Shown here piece by piece: positions 1 through 7,986 of a stretch of DNA of 40,057 nt. The stretch is taken from the NCBI GenBank assembly GCA_035543875.1, contig DATKIY010000226.1, positions 1-40,057 of the forward strand, given 5' to 3'. The notes under the pieces were generated by a model. The model saw nothing but the letters and a program-made list of their open reading frames with translations, was not told the DNA's origin and ran no database searches. The stretch's first letter is position 1. Each line of letters begins with the position of its first letter. The translations under genes were made by a program, and so were the position numbers. The DNA comes from Actinomycetes bacterium. Its GTDB lineage: Bacteria > Actinomycetota > Actinomycetes > JAHEKZ01.

Positions 1-680
1 CCCACGAACAGGATCGGCGAGCCGTCAGCGATCGCGAGGTTGGCCACCCCGGCGGCGATCAGCAGGCCTCCCCCGGCCACGCCGAGCACACGCTGCCACG
101 GCGCCGCCAGCCGACTCGCATGCGCCGCCAGCGCAGCGCCGATGAAGGTGGTGCCGAGCGCCGACAGCGCCAGAGCGAATGCTCCTGCATGCAACTGCCA
201 GACGAGCTCGAACAGCGGGCTCGGCTCGGCGAGCTCGCTGGCGGACAATACGACTCCGTTCCACAGAACGGCGTAGAGCGCGAAGACCGCCGAAAGAGTC
301 GCGCCCGCGGCCACCGCGAGGCGCGACCAGTCCGCGCCCGCACCCCCGCGACGCCCGACCAGCCCGTGGAGACCGGTCACGAACACGAGCAGTAGCGGCA
401 GGTTCAGCGCCTCTGAGCCGACCGCGATCGCGACCGCGCCCCGGTTCTCCGCGTGCCAGGCGAGCACCTTCTCGATCGGGTCGCCGTAGCCGGGCGGCCT
501 GGTCCAGACAAACACGGCATTCTGAATGACCAACGACGCTACCAACGCGATCGCCGCCGCGCCCACGACCCGCTCCCCGAACGCAGGGGTCGGGATCGGC
601 CCCCTGGTTCCCACTGCCGCGCTCGCAGGCACATGCTGCTGGGACTCCACAGCTTTGTCGCTTTTGTGCCGCGATCTCAT
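1..680 (-). CDS. integral membrane protein of unknown function; C-terminus truncated by the left window edge
   Basis: Absent from the ORF track because it has no stop inside the window. I checked every minus-strand codon in the frame of ATG 680-678 down to nt 3 and found no stop. The translation is MRSRHKSDKAVESQQHVPASAAVGTRGPIPTPAFGERVVGAAAIALVASLVIQNAVFVW...LNLPLLLVFVTGLHGLV...ATLSAVFALYAVLWNGVVL...AFALALSALGTTFIGAALAA...GGGLLIAAGVANLAI, with about 5 hydrophobic helices. AAGGAG (rc of 686-691) lies 5 nt upstream of the ATG. The overlapping track ORF 25..822(-) is an out-of-frame Arg/Gly-rich artefact. Confidence 0.65.
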   Translation of the reverse strand, partial: MRSRHKSDKAVESQQHVPASAAVGTRGPIPTPAFGERVVGAAAIALVASLVIQNAVFVWTRPPGYGDPIEKVLAWHAENRGAVAIAVGSEALNLPLLLVFVTGLHGLVGRRGGAGADWSRLAVAAGATLSAVFALYAVLWNGVVLSASELAEPSPLFELVWQLHAGAFALALSALGTTFIGAALAAHASRLAAPWQRVLGVAGGGLLIAAGVANLAIADGSPILFV

Positions 681-1086
681 TTCTACTCCTTCGGTGCGGC
701 CGGATGATCGTGACTCCATGATCGCTGACGTCGACGACCGGCGGATCGGCCTCAGGGCTCGTGTTGGTCCCGTCGGGAGAACGGTCTGTGTCTCGTGCTT
801 CTCCGCTGATCCGCACCCCCACGTGTACGCGGTCGACGCCCTCGTCGACGAACTAAATCAGGTCCGACACCACAAGTGCGTCACAACGCCGCAAGCAGGA
901 CGCACTGTAACGCTCTCACATGCCTCGATGCGGGAGCTCGGTATGTGCCGTTATCAGGCGCGCATGAGCAACATCAGCAAGGCCAGGTTGGTGGGGTTGC
1001 TGGTGAGTGGGTGTGCACAGGCTCGGGTTTTCCACCGGTGGGTCCGGGTGGTTGATGGTTGTCGGTGGGTTCCTCTACCTTGGTCT

Positions 1087-1102
1087 TAGAACACACGTTC
1101 GA
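1087..1102. promoter_or_regulatory. candidate LexA (SOS) operator
   Basis: TAGAAC-ACAC-GTTCGA at 1087-1102 matches the mycobacterial/actinobacterial LexA consensus TCGAAC-N4-GTTCGA at 11 of 12 specified positions. It ends 37 nt upstream of the ATG of the DUF222/HNH gene. It is the only GAAC-N4-GTTC site I noticed in the window. Confidence 0.5.
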
Positions 1103-1139
1103 CAACCTTGGTTAGGGACCGGTGGAGGGAGGTCGCCTG

Positions 1140-2687
1140 ATGGGCAAGTCCGAACCCGACAATGACTCTGAGCGTGAAAGCTCAGATGGTGCGGAGCCGA
1201 GCCCGGGGTGGGCGACACCGGGGGTGCCGGTCCGGCCGGGTGGGGTGGACCGGTTTTTGGCGGGGGACTTGCTGACCGAGGTCGGGTTGATCACGACCCG
1301 GTTCCTGGCTGACGCGAAAGACCTGGCCATGGGGGAGCAATTAGTCGCGTGCCGGCGGACTATCGACCAGCTGGAAGCGGCGTGGTTGTCGGCGTGCGGG
1401 GTATATGACGAAGCAGGCTGCACCACCGATGACGGTGCGCCGTCCTTGGCGGCGTGGCTACGGGCGAAGTGCCAGTTAGCGCCGGGTGAAGCGACCGGGC
1501 GTGCGAAAGTGGTGTCCGCAATCACTGGTGGCGACCTCACTGTGACGGGGGACCGACTCCTGGCGGGGGAGTTTTCGTGGCGGCACGCGGCGGTGATCGC
1601 GGCGACGGTGGCGGACGCCCCGGCCGGTGACCGGGAGGCGGCGGAGCGGGCGTTGCAGGAACCAGCGCGGACGTTGGACCCGTCGTTGTTGCGGCGGGTC
1701 GGAGTTGAGTTGTTGCACCGGTTGGATGTGGACAAAGCGGAGGAGCGGGCGGTGCGCCGGTGGGAACGGCGGGGGTTGACGTTCGCGGAAACTTTCGACG
1801 GGATGGTCTCGGTCAGCGGTCTGTTGGACCCGGTCAGCGGGTCGGTCATCCAAACCGCGCTCGACGCCAAACTCCGGCCACCCCGAACCACCCACCACGG
1901 TGACGGCCACGACCACGGCGACAGCAGGGACCAGAGTGACAGTAGTGATCACAAGGTCGGAAGTGGCGGCAGTGACCACAGTGGCACTAGCGACCATAGT
2001 GATGGAAGTGACCACAGAGTCGGCAGGGACGGGAGTGGGTTGGTCGCCGACGAGGGTGAGTTGCGGTCGTGGCCGCAACGCCGGGCGGACGCGTTGACCG
2101 ATATTTGCCGGGAATGGGGCGAGCTCGGACCGACCCCGACCGTGGCCGGTCAACGACCCCACGTCACCGTCATCGTCGACCACGCCACGTTGAACCAACC
2201 ACCCGCAACCACCGACGACCGCAAACGCCTGGGCCAGAACGGTTCGACGCGGCAAGGTTCGACGCGGCAGGGATCAGGGGTGGGGCGTCCGGCGCAGCTG
2301 TCGTGGGTGGGGCCGATCACGCCAAACGAAACCGAGTTCTTGTCCTGCGACAGTGTGGTCTCTCGGGTGATCATGGGACCCGACGGTGCGATCCTGGACG
2401 TCGGACGAGCCACCCGCACGATCCCGCCGGCGATCCGGACCGCGGTGACCGCCCGGGACCGGACCTGTATCGCGGACGGCTGCTACCGGCCGCCCGAACA
2501 CTGCGACATCCACCACATCATCTTCTGGGAACACGGCGGAACCACGTCGCTGAACAACCTGGCCATGGTCTGCCGATTCCATCACCGAACCATCCACCAC
2601 AAAGGCTGGACCATCCAACAAACCACCACCGGAAAACCCACCCTCACACCACCAACAGGCCGACATCCACCACCACGACGACTGTGA
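1140..2687 (+). CDS. DUF222-type HNH endonuclease (REP13E12-like family)
   Basis: C-terminal HNH motif CDIHHIIFWEHGGTTSLNNLAMVCRFHHRTIHHKGW. The long N-terminal region is typical of actinobacterial DUF222 proteins. Start moved from track GTG 1122 to ATG 1140 because GGAGGGAGG (1124-1132) lies 7 nt upstream. Confidence 0.88.
   Translation: MGKSEPDNDSERESSDGAEPSPGWATPGVPVRPGGVDRFLAGDLLTEVGLITTRFLADAKDLAMGEQLVACRRTIDQLEAAWLSACGVYDEAGCTTDDGAPSLAAWLRAKCQLAPGEATGRAKVVSAITGGDLTVTGDRLLAGEFSWRHAAVIAATVADAPAGDREAAERALQEPARTLDPSLLRRVGVELLHRLDVDKAEERAVRRWERRGLTFAETFDGMVSVSGLLDPVSGSVIQTALDAKLRPPRTTHHGDGHDHGDSRDQSDSSDHKVGSGGSDHSGTSDHSDGSDHRVGRDGSGLVADEGELRSWPQRRADALTDICREWGELGPTPTVAGQRPHVTVIVDHATLNQPPATTDDRKRLGQNGSTRQGSTRQGSGVGRPAQLSWVGPITPNETEFLSCDSVVSRVIMGPDGAILDVGRATRTIPPAIRTAVTARDRTCIADGCYRPPEHCDIHHIIFWEHGGTTSLNNLAMVCRFHHRTIHHKGWTIQQTTTGKPTLTPPTGRHPPPRRL
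2241..2270 (+). repeat. 15-nt tandem duplication inside the HNH gene
   Basis: ggttcgacgcggcaa / ggttcgacgcggcag are directly adjacent and encode GSTRQ-GSTRQ. Confidence 0.85.
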
Positions 2688-2716
2688 GTTGGGCTGCCTT
2701 GGCCCTCTGTATCCGG

Positions 2717-4147
2717 CTAGCCGCAAATACTGTCGGCGGCCGTGTGTGAGTCCAGTTTCGTGTCGGGCTTGGCGACCTTGACTTTGGCTGGCTTGACGTA
2801 GTCAGTGCCTACGACGATCTCGAACGTGCCACCAAGGCCGGCAACTTCCTCAAGCGTCGCGTCCGGGAACGCCGCTTCTAGAGTCTTAACCGAGGTACTC
2901 CACTGCGGGTCATAACGAATGATGGTGGACGTGACGTCAGTCTTGTCTGCATTGGCAGGCGTTGCTGCAATCGTGTAGCCAGCAGTGGCGAGATCGTCGC
3001 TGGCCTGTCCGGCAAGCCCGGCGATGGTGCTTCCGTTCAGAACCTGGACATTGATTTCTCCGGGAGCGATCTCAACCGTCGGTCCCTTGTCTTTCTTCAC
3101 CAAAGGCTGGTCAGCTTCAAGCGCCTCGAAGACCTTGCTCGCTCCGGCCTTATCCCATTGAACTGCACTACCGACCGGGGTTGAGAGGTTCACGTTGGAC
3201 AGCGGGACCGTGAGGAATCGAATGTCCTTCGGGGAAAGCTCCTGCATGTCGGCGGCGAGATCGAGCAGCATGTCGCGTGTCATGCCTTCATCGAGTTTCA
3301 CCGACGACAGCGCTGCGCGCAGGAATTTGTCGAGCTGAACTGGATCGAGGAGTACGCCCATGCTGGTGGCTTCTTGGAACATGGAGCCGAGGAAGCGCTG
3401 TTGGCGCTGCATGCGGCCGATGTCAGCGGTGGGATCGATGTAGCGGGCGCGCACGTAGGCAAGGCCCATTACGCCATCGACATGAGATGTCCCGGCAGGA
3501 AGGTCTAGTCCGCTGCGGTAGTCATTGGCTGCTGTGGGCAAACACACATCGACGCCACCGAGCGCATCAACCATCTTGACGACTCCGCCGAAACCGACCT
3601 CTACGTAGTGGTCGATCTCCATCCCAGTGGCGTCCTTGATGGTCTGGATAAGTAGTGGCGCACCGCCAAGCGCGAACGCAGCGTTGAGCTTGTTCTTTTG
3701 AGCGGGATGTTTGTCGCCGTTGTCATCGGTATACGCAGGGATGGTCACGTAGGAGTCGCGGGGCAGGCTGACAACCGTGATGTTTTTGCGGTCCCCTGAA
3801 ATGTGAACCAGCATCATGGTGTCGGAGCGCTGTCCGGTGCTGCTGTTGGCCGCGGTTCCAGTTCCAAGTGCGCGGGCCTGTTCCAGGGTCAAGCCTTCGC
3901 GGCTGTCGGATCCGACCACCAAGATGTTCATGGGGCCGTCGGAGTTGCCGGACAGCGCGCCACCGGTCCAGATTCGACCGATCTTGGCGTCGTAATAGGT
4001 GGCAAGGACCCAGCCGCCGGTGCTCGCGACGAACACCACTGCCGCTAACGCTGAGGCGAGCCACCCAAACACTCGACGACCGCGGGGCGCACTGACCTTG
4101 TTGGTCGTGCCGCGAGGCGAGAGCTCCGGGGGAAGTACGGCGCTCAT
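2717..4147 (-). CDS. LCP (LytR-CpsA-Psr) family cell-wall glycopolymer ligase, copy 1
   Basis: Short cytoplasmic tail plus one TM (VFGWLASALAAVVFVASTGGWVLA). LCP core: NILVVGSDSREG...RSDTMMLVHISGDRKNITVVSLPRDSYV. C-terminal LytR_C-like domain: INVQVLNGSTIAGLAGQASDDLATAGY. Confidence 0.9.
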   Translation of the reverse strand: MSAVLPPELSPRGTTNKVSAPRGRRVFGWLASALAAVVFVASTGGWVLATYYDAKIGRIWTGGALSGNSDGPMNILVVGSDSREGLTLEQARALGTGTAANSSTGQRSDTMMLVHISGDRKNITVVSLPRDSYVTIPAYTDDNGDKHPAQKNKLNAAFALGGAPLLIQTIKDATGMEIDHYVEVGFGGVVKMVDALGGVDVCLPTAANDYRSGLDLPAGTSHVDGVMGLAYVRARYIDPTADIGRMQRQQRFLGSMFQEATSMGVLLDPVQLDKFLRAALSSVKLDEGMTRDMLLDLAADMQELSPKDIRFLTVPLSNVNLSTPVGSAVQWDKAGASKVFEALEADQPLVKKDKGPTVEIAPGEINVQVLNGSTIAGLAGQASDDLATAGYTIAATPANADKTDVTSTIIRYDPQWSTSVKTLEAAFPDATLEEVAGLGGTFEIVVGTDYVKPAKVKVAKPDTKLDSHTAADSICG

Positions 4148-4491
4148 TCGGTGCAGGTCCTCCGGGGGCTGGCTAGTGGTCGGCTGTCGTTGGCTGGGGA
4201 CTCGGCTGGTAGGACGGGGTTAGGGACGTTAGATCGGCCCGGAGCCGGGTGCTCCACGAGTCTGACGTCGGTGCCCGAGCTGTGGTTCCCAGCTCAAGCC
4301 ACGCGTCGCCCGCATTGGGCCTTGCGCGCAATCGAGGGTAAGCGAGGAGACCGGCAGATAACGAATTCGGCGCGCCGACCATGCCCCAACGTCCGGTAGC
4401 GTCGTACACCTGTGCGATGGGCCGAACGAGTAGTGGCTCGGCGGGGGATTGGGAGAAACGTCATGGCGCCAGATAGCCTCAGCGTTCTGTT

Positions 4492-5403
4492 ATGACAGTT
4501 TCCGACGCCCCCGTGCGCCTCACCGGAGCCACGTCCGCGCACCGGCCGTCGGCCTGGTCGCGGGCGGTAGCGCTATGGGCCAACCGACGCATTCTGCGCA
4601 TCCTGGTGATGCGCGACCTCAAGATTCGATACAGCGACTCAGTCCTGGGTTATTTGTGGACATTGCTTGATCCGCTGCTGTTGACCTTCGTCTACTGGCT
4701 CGTCTTCGGATACATCATCTCCCGAGGCGCCCCTGAGGAGCAGCCGTACCTGCTGTGGTTGCTTACTGGAATCCTGCCCTTCCAGTGGACCAGCCACGTC
4801 CTCAACGACTGCGGACGGCTACTAGGAAACGACGCGAAGCTCGTGACGGCATCGAGCCTGCCCCGAGAGATCTGGCCGGTCCGCACCGTGCTGTCGCGAT
4901 TTATCGAGTTCTTGTTCACGTTGCCGATCACGGCGGGGGCAATGGTGCTTTACGGCATCGGCCCGTCGCTGTGGATCTTCATGCTTCCCGTGGCGTTCGT
5001 TGTGCAAGGCATTTTGAATATTGGCCTCGCACTGATGTTTGCGCCAATGTCGATGCTTTATCCCGACATTCAACGAGTCGTCCGAGTTAGTGCTCAGCTG
5101 TTGCGCTACCTCTCGCCCGTGCTCTACGGCGTGCCGGCGCTCGTTGACATCTTGAAGACTCCGCCCAACCCGTGGCCATCGTGGATGCTATTCGGCGATG
5201 AGACCTGGCCGAAGTGGATCCTGAGGCTCTTCGAGCTGAATCCGCTCGCTGGCATCTTGGATGTCTACCATTCAGTGCTGTTCCCCGACGACTCGTTGCA
5301 CGGTGAACTGCTGCCGATCGCGACCGCTGGATCGATCTTCATCTTCTTCCTTGGCTGGTGGATCTTCCGGCGCCTGGAGCCCCGAGTACTGAAGGAGATG
5401 TGA
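4492..5403 (+). CDS. ABC-2 type polysaccharide/teichoic-acid exporter permease (TagG/Wzm-like)
   Basis: N-terminal RDLKIRYSDSVLGYLWTLLDPLLLTFVYWLVF signature of ABC-2 permeases, followed by about 6 hydrophobic segments. The stop overlaps the next start. No clear RBS at ATG 4492, so the start is somewhat uncertain. Confidence 0.85.
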   Translation: MTVSDAPVRLTGATSAHRPSAWSRAVALWANRRILRILVMRDLKIRYSDSVLGYLWTLLDPLLLTFVYWLVFGYIISRGAPEEQPYLLWLLTGILPFQWTSHVLNDCGRLLGNDAKLVTASSLPREIWPVRTVLSRFIEFLFTLPITAGAMVLYGIGPSLWIFMLPVAFVVQGILNIGLALMFAPMSMLYPDIQRVVRVSAQLLRYLSPVLYGVPALVDILKTPPNPWPSWMLFGDETWPKWILRLFELNPLAGILDVYHSVLFPDDSLHGELLPIATAGSIFIFFLGWWIFRRLEPRVLKEM

Positions 5404-6365
5404 TGACCGCACCTTCAGGCTTGGGCGTTCAACCAGATCAAGCGGCTCCTGTAACCATCCAAGCTCACGAACTTGGTATTCGGTTTCGACGTAACAGGTT
5501 GCGAAATCGCCACTGGAAACATCTGTTTCACAAAGAGGAGGATCGAGCGTCGCGCGAGTTCTGGGCTCTCCGCGGCGTCTCCTTTGAGATCACCCAGGGC
5601 GAGGCCGTCGGCGTGGTCGGGGCCAACGGCCAGGGCAAGAGCACGCTTTTGAAGCTGGTCGCTGGAACCCTCATCCCCGACGAAGGCTGGGTGAGGCTAG
5701 ACGGCGGCGTCGCGCCGCTGGTGAATATCTCCGGAGGTTTCAAAGCCGACCTCACCGTGCGCGACAACATTTACATCGTCGCTGGTCTGCACGGCATGGT
5801 GAAGTCTGAAGTCGACCAGCGGTTCGACGACGTTATCGATTTCTCGGAGGTCGGAGACTTCGTCGATACCCCCTTCCGGCATCTGTCCAGCGGCATGCGG
5901 ACGCGTGTTGCTTTTGCGCTGATCACTTCGTTGGACGAGCCAACCGTCATCATCGACGAAACATTGTCGGTGGGTGACCGGTCGTTCAAGCGCAAGGCGT
6001 ATGAGCGGCTGGATCGTATGCTCGCAGGCGGCAAGACACTATTTGTTGTCTCACACAGCGATCGACAGCTGCAGCGTTTGTGCACGCGAGGTATCTACTT
6101 GCGTAGAGGTCGCGTTGTAGCTGATGGGCCAATTGACGAGATTCTTAAGCAGTACACGGTGGACCGGGAAACCGAGGGACACCCTGGGTGGAAAGGTGAG
6201 CGAAAGCAGGCTCGACGCCAACGGAATCGTCGTCGCAAGGCGGCTGAGCAGTTGATGGCAGCCGGCTTGGCGCCCCCCGCGGGCTACGACGTCGAGGACG
6301 AAGACGATGGCGATTCTGAGGTCACCGGGACGGCGGGGCAGTCGGGCGGCGGAGTCTCGACGTGA
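5403..6365 (+). CDS. ABC exporter ATP-binding protein (TagH/Wzt/KpsT-like)
   Basis: Walker A GANGQGKST, ABC signature LSSGMRTR, Walker B TVIIDE. Start moved from track GTG 5358 to ATG 5403, which overlaps the permease TGA (5401-5403) and has GAAGGAG at 5391-5397. The C-terminus is a basic-then-acidic tail with no recognisable carbohydrate-binding domain. Confidence 0.9.
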   Translation: MTAPSGLGVQPDQAAPVTIQAHELGIRFRRNRLRNRHWKHLFHKEEDRASREFWALRGVSFEITQGEAVGVVGANGQGKSTLLKLVAGTLIPDEGWVRLDGGVAPLVNISGGFKADLTVRDNIYIVAGLHGMVKSEVDQRFDDVIDFSEVGDFVDTPFRHLSSGMRTRVAFALITSLDEPTVIIDETLSVGDRSFKRKAYERLDRMLAGGKTLFVVSHSDRQLQRLCTRGIYLRRGRVVADGPIDEILKQYTVDRETEGHPGWKGERKQARRQRNRRRKAAEQLMAAGLAPPAGYDVEDEDDGDSEVTGTAGQSGGGVST

Positions 6366-7984
6366 CTTTGGTGCTCGTCGCACCGACGGGTGAGGCGGGG
6401 TTAGAGGAGGCGCTTTATCAGCGTTGGGTTCGCCAGCTGTCGGTGTCGCCTGATCCGGTTTATGTGGTTGCCCCCGCAAACGTCGACGTGGGTTCCCTCG
6501 AACACGTAGCTGCCGACGCCAACGAATCGGACGTGTTAGCTGCGCTCGCTGACATCGCTCACGAGACGTCGGCATCGCTGACAGTCATCGACGCATCTCG
6601 AACCGAGTACGGGCCGCTGGCGCTTGAGTGGGCAGGGGCAACAGATGCAACCTCGCAGCTGCTGTCAGACCCCGGACACGACGGTGTCGCGATTGTCCAC
6701 CTTGCCGCTACCGATGTGAGTGACGCGGAACGATCCTGGAGACGCGCAGCCGCACGCGCGCACTCGGTCTCGCGCTCGGACTCGCATTCAGAGTCGGGAC
6801 CGGGGCCGGACGCTCCCACCGACGTGGTTCGCGCGGCGCTGGAGGTCCTCACCAGCCAAGGCCTGGAGGTGAGCGAGCGCCACGAGTTCAAGACTGTTCA
6901 TCCGGGTCGGTATGTGGAACTGGTGATTCGGCCAATCGCTCGCCCGTTGCTGAACCGCGCTCGTCGCATGGGTTTTGAGCAAGTGTCCATCACAGTTCTC
7001 ACCACCGCTTCTGTTCTAGCTGCCGCCCTGCTTGCCGCTGCTGGCAGCCGGCTCAGCCTGATCCTTGCTGCGCTGTTCTTGCAGACTGCGGTTATCGCAC
7101 AAGTGGTCGGCGATGGGCTGCCCATCCCAGCGCGTCGGCGGCCTGAGTTTCCGGCGTGGCTCAACCCTGTCATGGACGTGGTGAAGGTCGCCATCTTGAT
7201 GGGTGGCTTGGCCATCGGTGGTAGGGGCACAACGGACGACATCTGGCTGGTTGCTGGAGCAGTCATCGTCGTCTGGACTGCTCGAGCGATCGTTGCCATG
7301 AGCTACGAGATCCGCATGAACGCCAGTGACGGCGAACGCTTTTCTGGTAGTCCGTTCTCGCTGCCAAACGCCGAGTTCTTCCTCGTCCTTTCGTTGGCGA
7401 TGCTGGTCCTTACCCCGAGGCCGGTTCTTTGGGTAGCGATTGCAGTGCTAGGCATTTCGTTGCTGTACATCCTCCTTCGCGAGCTGCTTGCCCCACCCAA
7501 CGTTGAACATCCGCCACGATTGAGCGCGGAGGTGAATCGCGAACTGTTCTATGCCTGTGACCCCGGTCCGCTGGCCGTTGTGGTGGGACGTGAAGACCCG
7601 CAACTGTCGCTGCTGCGAAGGCTCGCGGCGTCGGTTGTTGGTTGGCTGGTACCGCTTTCCACCTGGGTCATCGAGGTGGCTGTCCTCGCCGCCCTGGCCG
7701 TGTGGAAGGACACTGATGCGCTGGCAATGGTCTTCTTGCTGGCCTCAGTCGTAGCGTTTCATCGCGTCGACAGCATCCTTAGGCCGACACTCACTGGACA
7801 TCCGGTTCCCGACTGGCTTGCGTTCGTGAGTCTGGGCGCACTGGGTCGCCCGATCCTGTACCTGCTTCTTGCAGCAACCGACTACCTCGACGACGGCTTG
7901 GTGCTGGTGACGCTGATCTGGGCAGTCGTCTTTGCGGCTGAGGCAGCGAGCAGTTGGACCGCCCGCCCGGAGAGCGAGAGCTAG
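6362..7984 (+). CDS. 540-aa polytopic membrane protein, function unknown; possibly a degenerate cytidylyltransferase / CDP-alcohol phosphatidyltransferase-like fusion with an extra C-terminal membrane domain
   Basis: GTG 6362 overlaps the ATPase stop (GTGA). About 200 aa are soluble, followed by at least 9 hydrophobic segments. The remnant VVGDGLPIPARRRPEFPAWLNPVMDVV resembles the DxxDGxxAR...GxxxDxxxD motif. The coding call is solid; the family assignment is by eye only. Confidence 0.7.
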   Translation: MTLVLVAPTGEAGLEEALYQRWVRQLSVSPDPVYVVAPANVDVGSLEHVAADANESDVLAALADIAHETSASLTVIDASRTEYGPLALEWAGATDATSQLLSDPGHDGVAIVHLAATDVSDAERSWRRAAARAHSVSRSDSHSESGPGPDAPTDVVRAALEVLTSQGLEVSERHEFKTVHPGRYVELVIRPIARPLLNRARRMGFEQVSITVLTTASVLAAALLAAAGSRLSLILAALFLQTAVIAQVVGDGLPIPARRRPEFPAWLNPVMDVVKVAILMGGLAIGGRGTTDDIWLVAGAVIVVWTARAIVAMSYEIRMNASDGERFSGSPFSLPNAEFFLVLSLAMLVLTPRPVLWVAIAVLGISLLYILLRELLAPPNVEHPPRLSAEVNRELFYACDPGPLAVVVGREDPQLSLLRRLAASVVGWLVPLSTWVIEVAVLAALAVWKDTDALAMVFLLASVVAFHRVDSILRPTLTGHPVPDWLAFVSLGALGRPILYLLLAATDYLDDGLVLVTLIWAVVFAAEAASSWTARPESES

Positions 7985-7986
7985 AA

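Noticed and set aside
25-822. Track ORFs 25..822(-), 59..343(-), 179..529(+) and similar at the left end
   Set aside because: Their translations are Arg/Gly/Pro-rich low-complexity strings typical of wrong-frame reading of very GC-rich DNA. The frame starting at ATG 680 gives a coherent multi-helix membrane protein with an AAGGAG RBS, so these are shadow ORFs.
526-1089. 187-aa + strand ORF spanning the spacer between the membrane-protein gene and the HNH gene
   Set aside because: Its first third is antisense to the real minus-strand gene. The rest has no recognisable motif, many Cys/Arg/Trp residues and no RBS. It is more likely non-coding upstream DNA of the HNH gene, which holds the LexA box.
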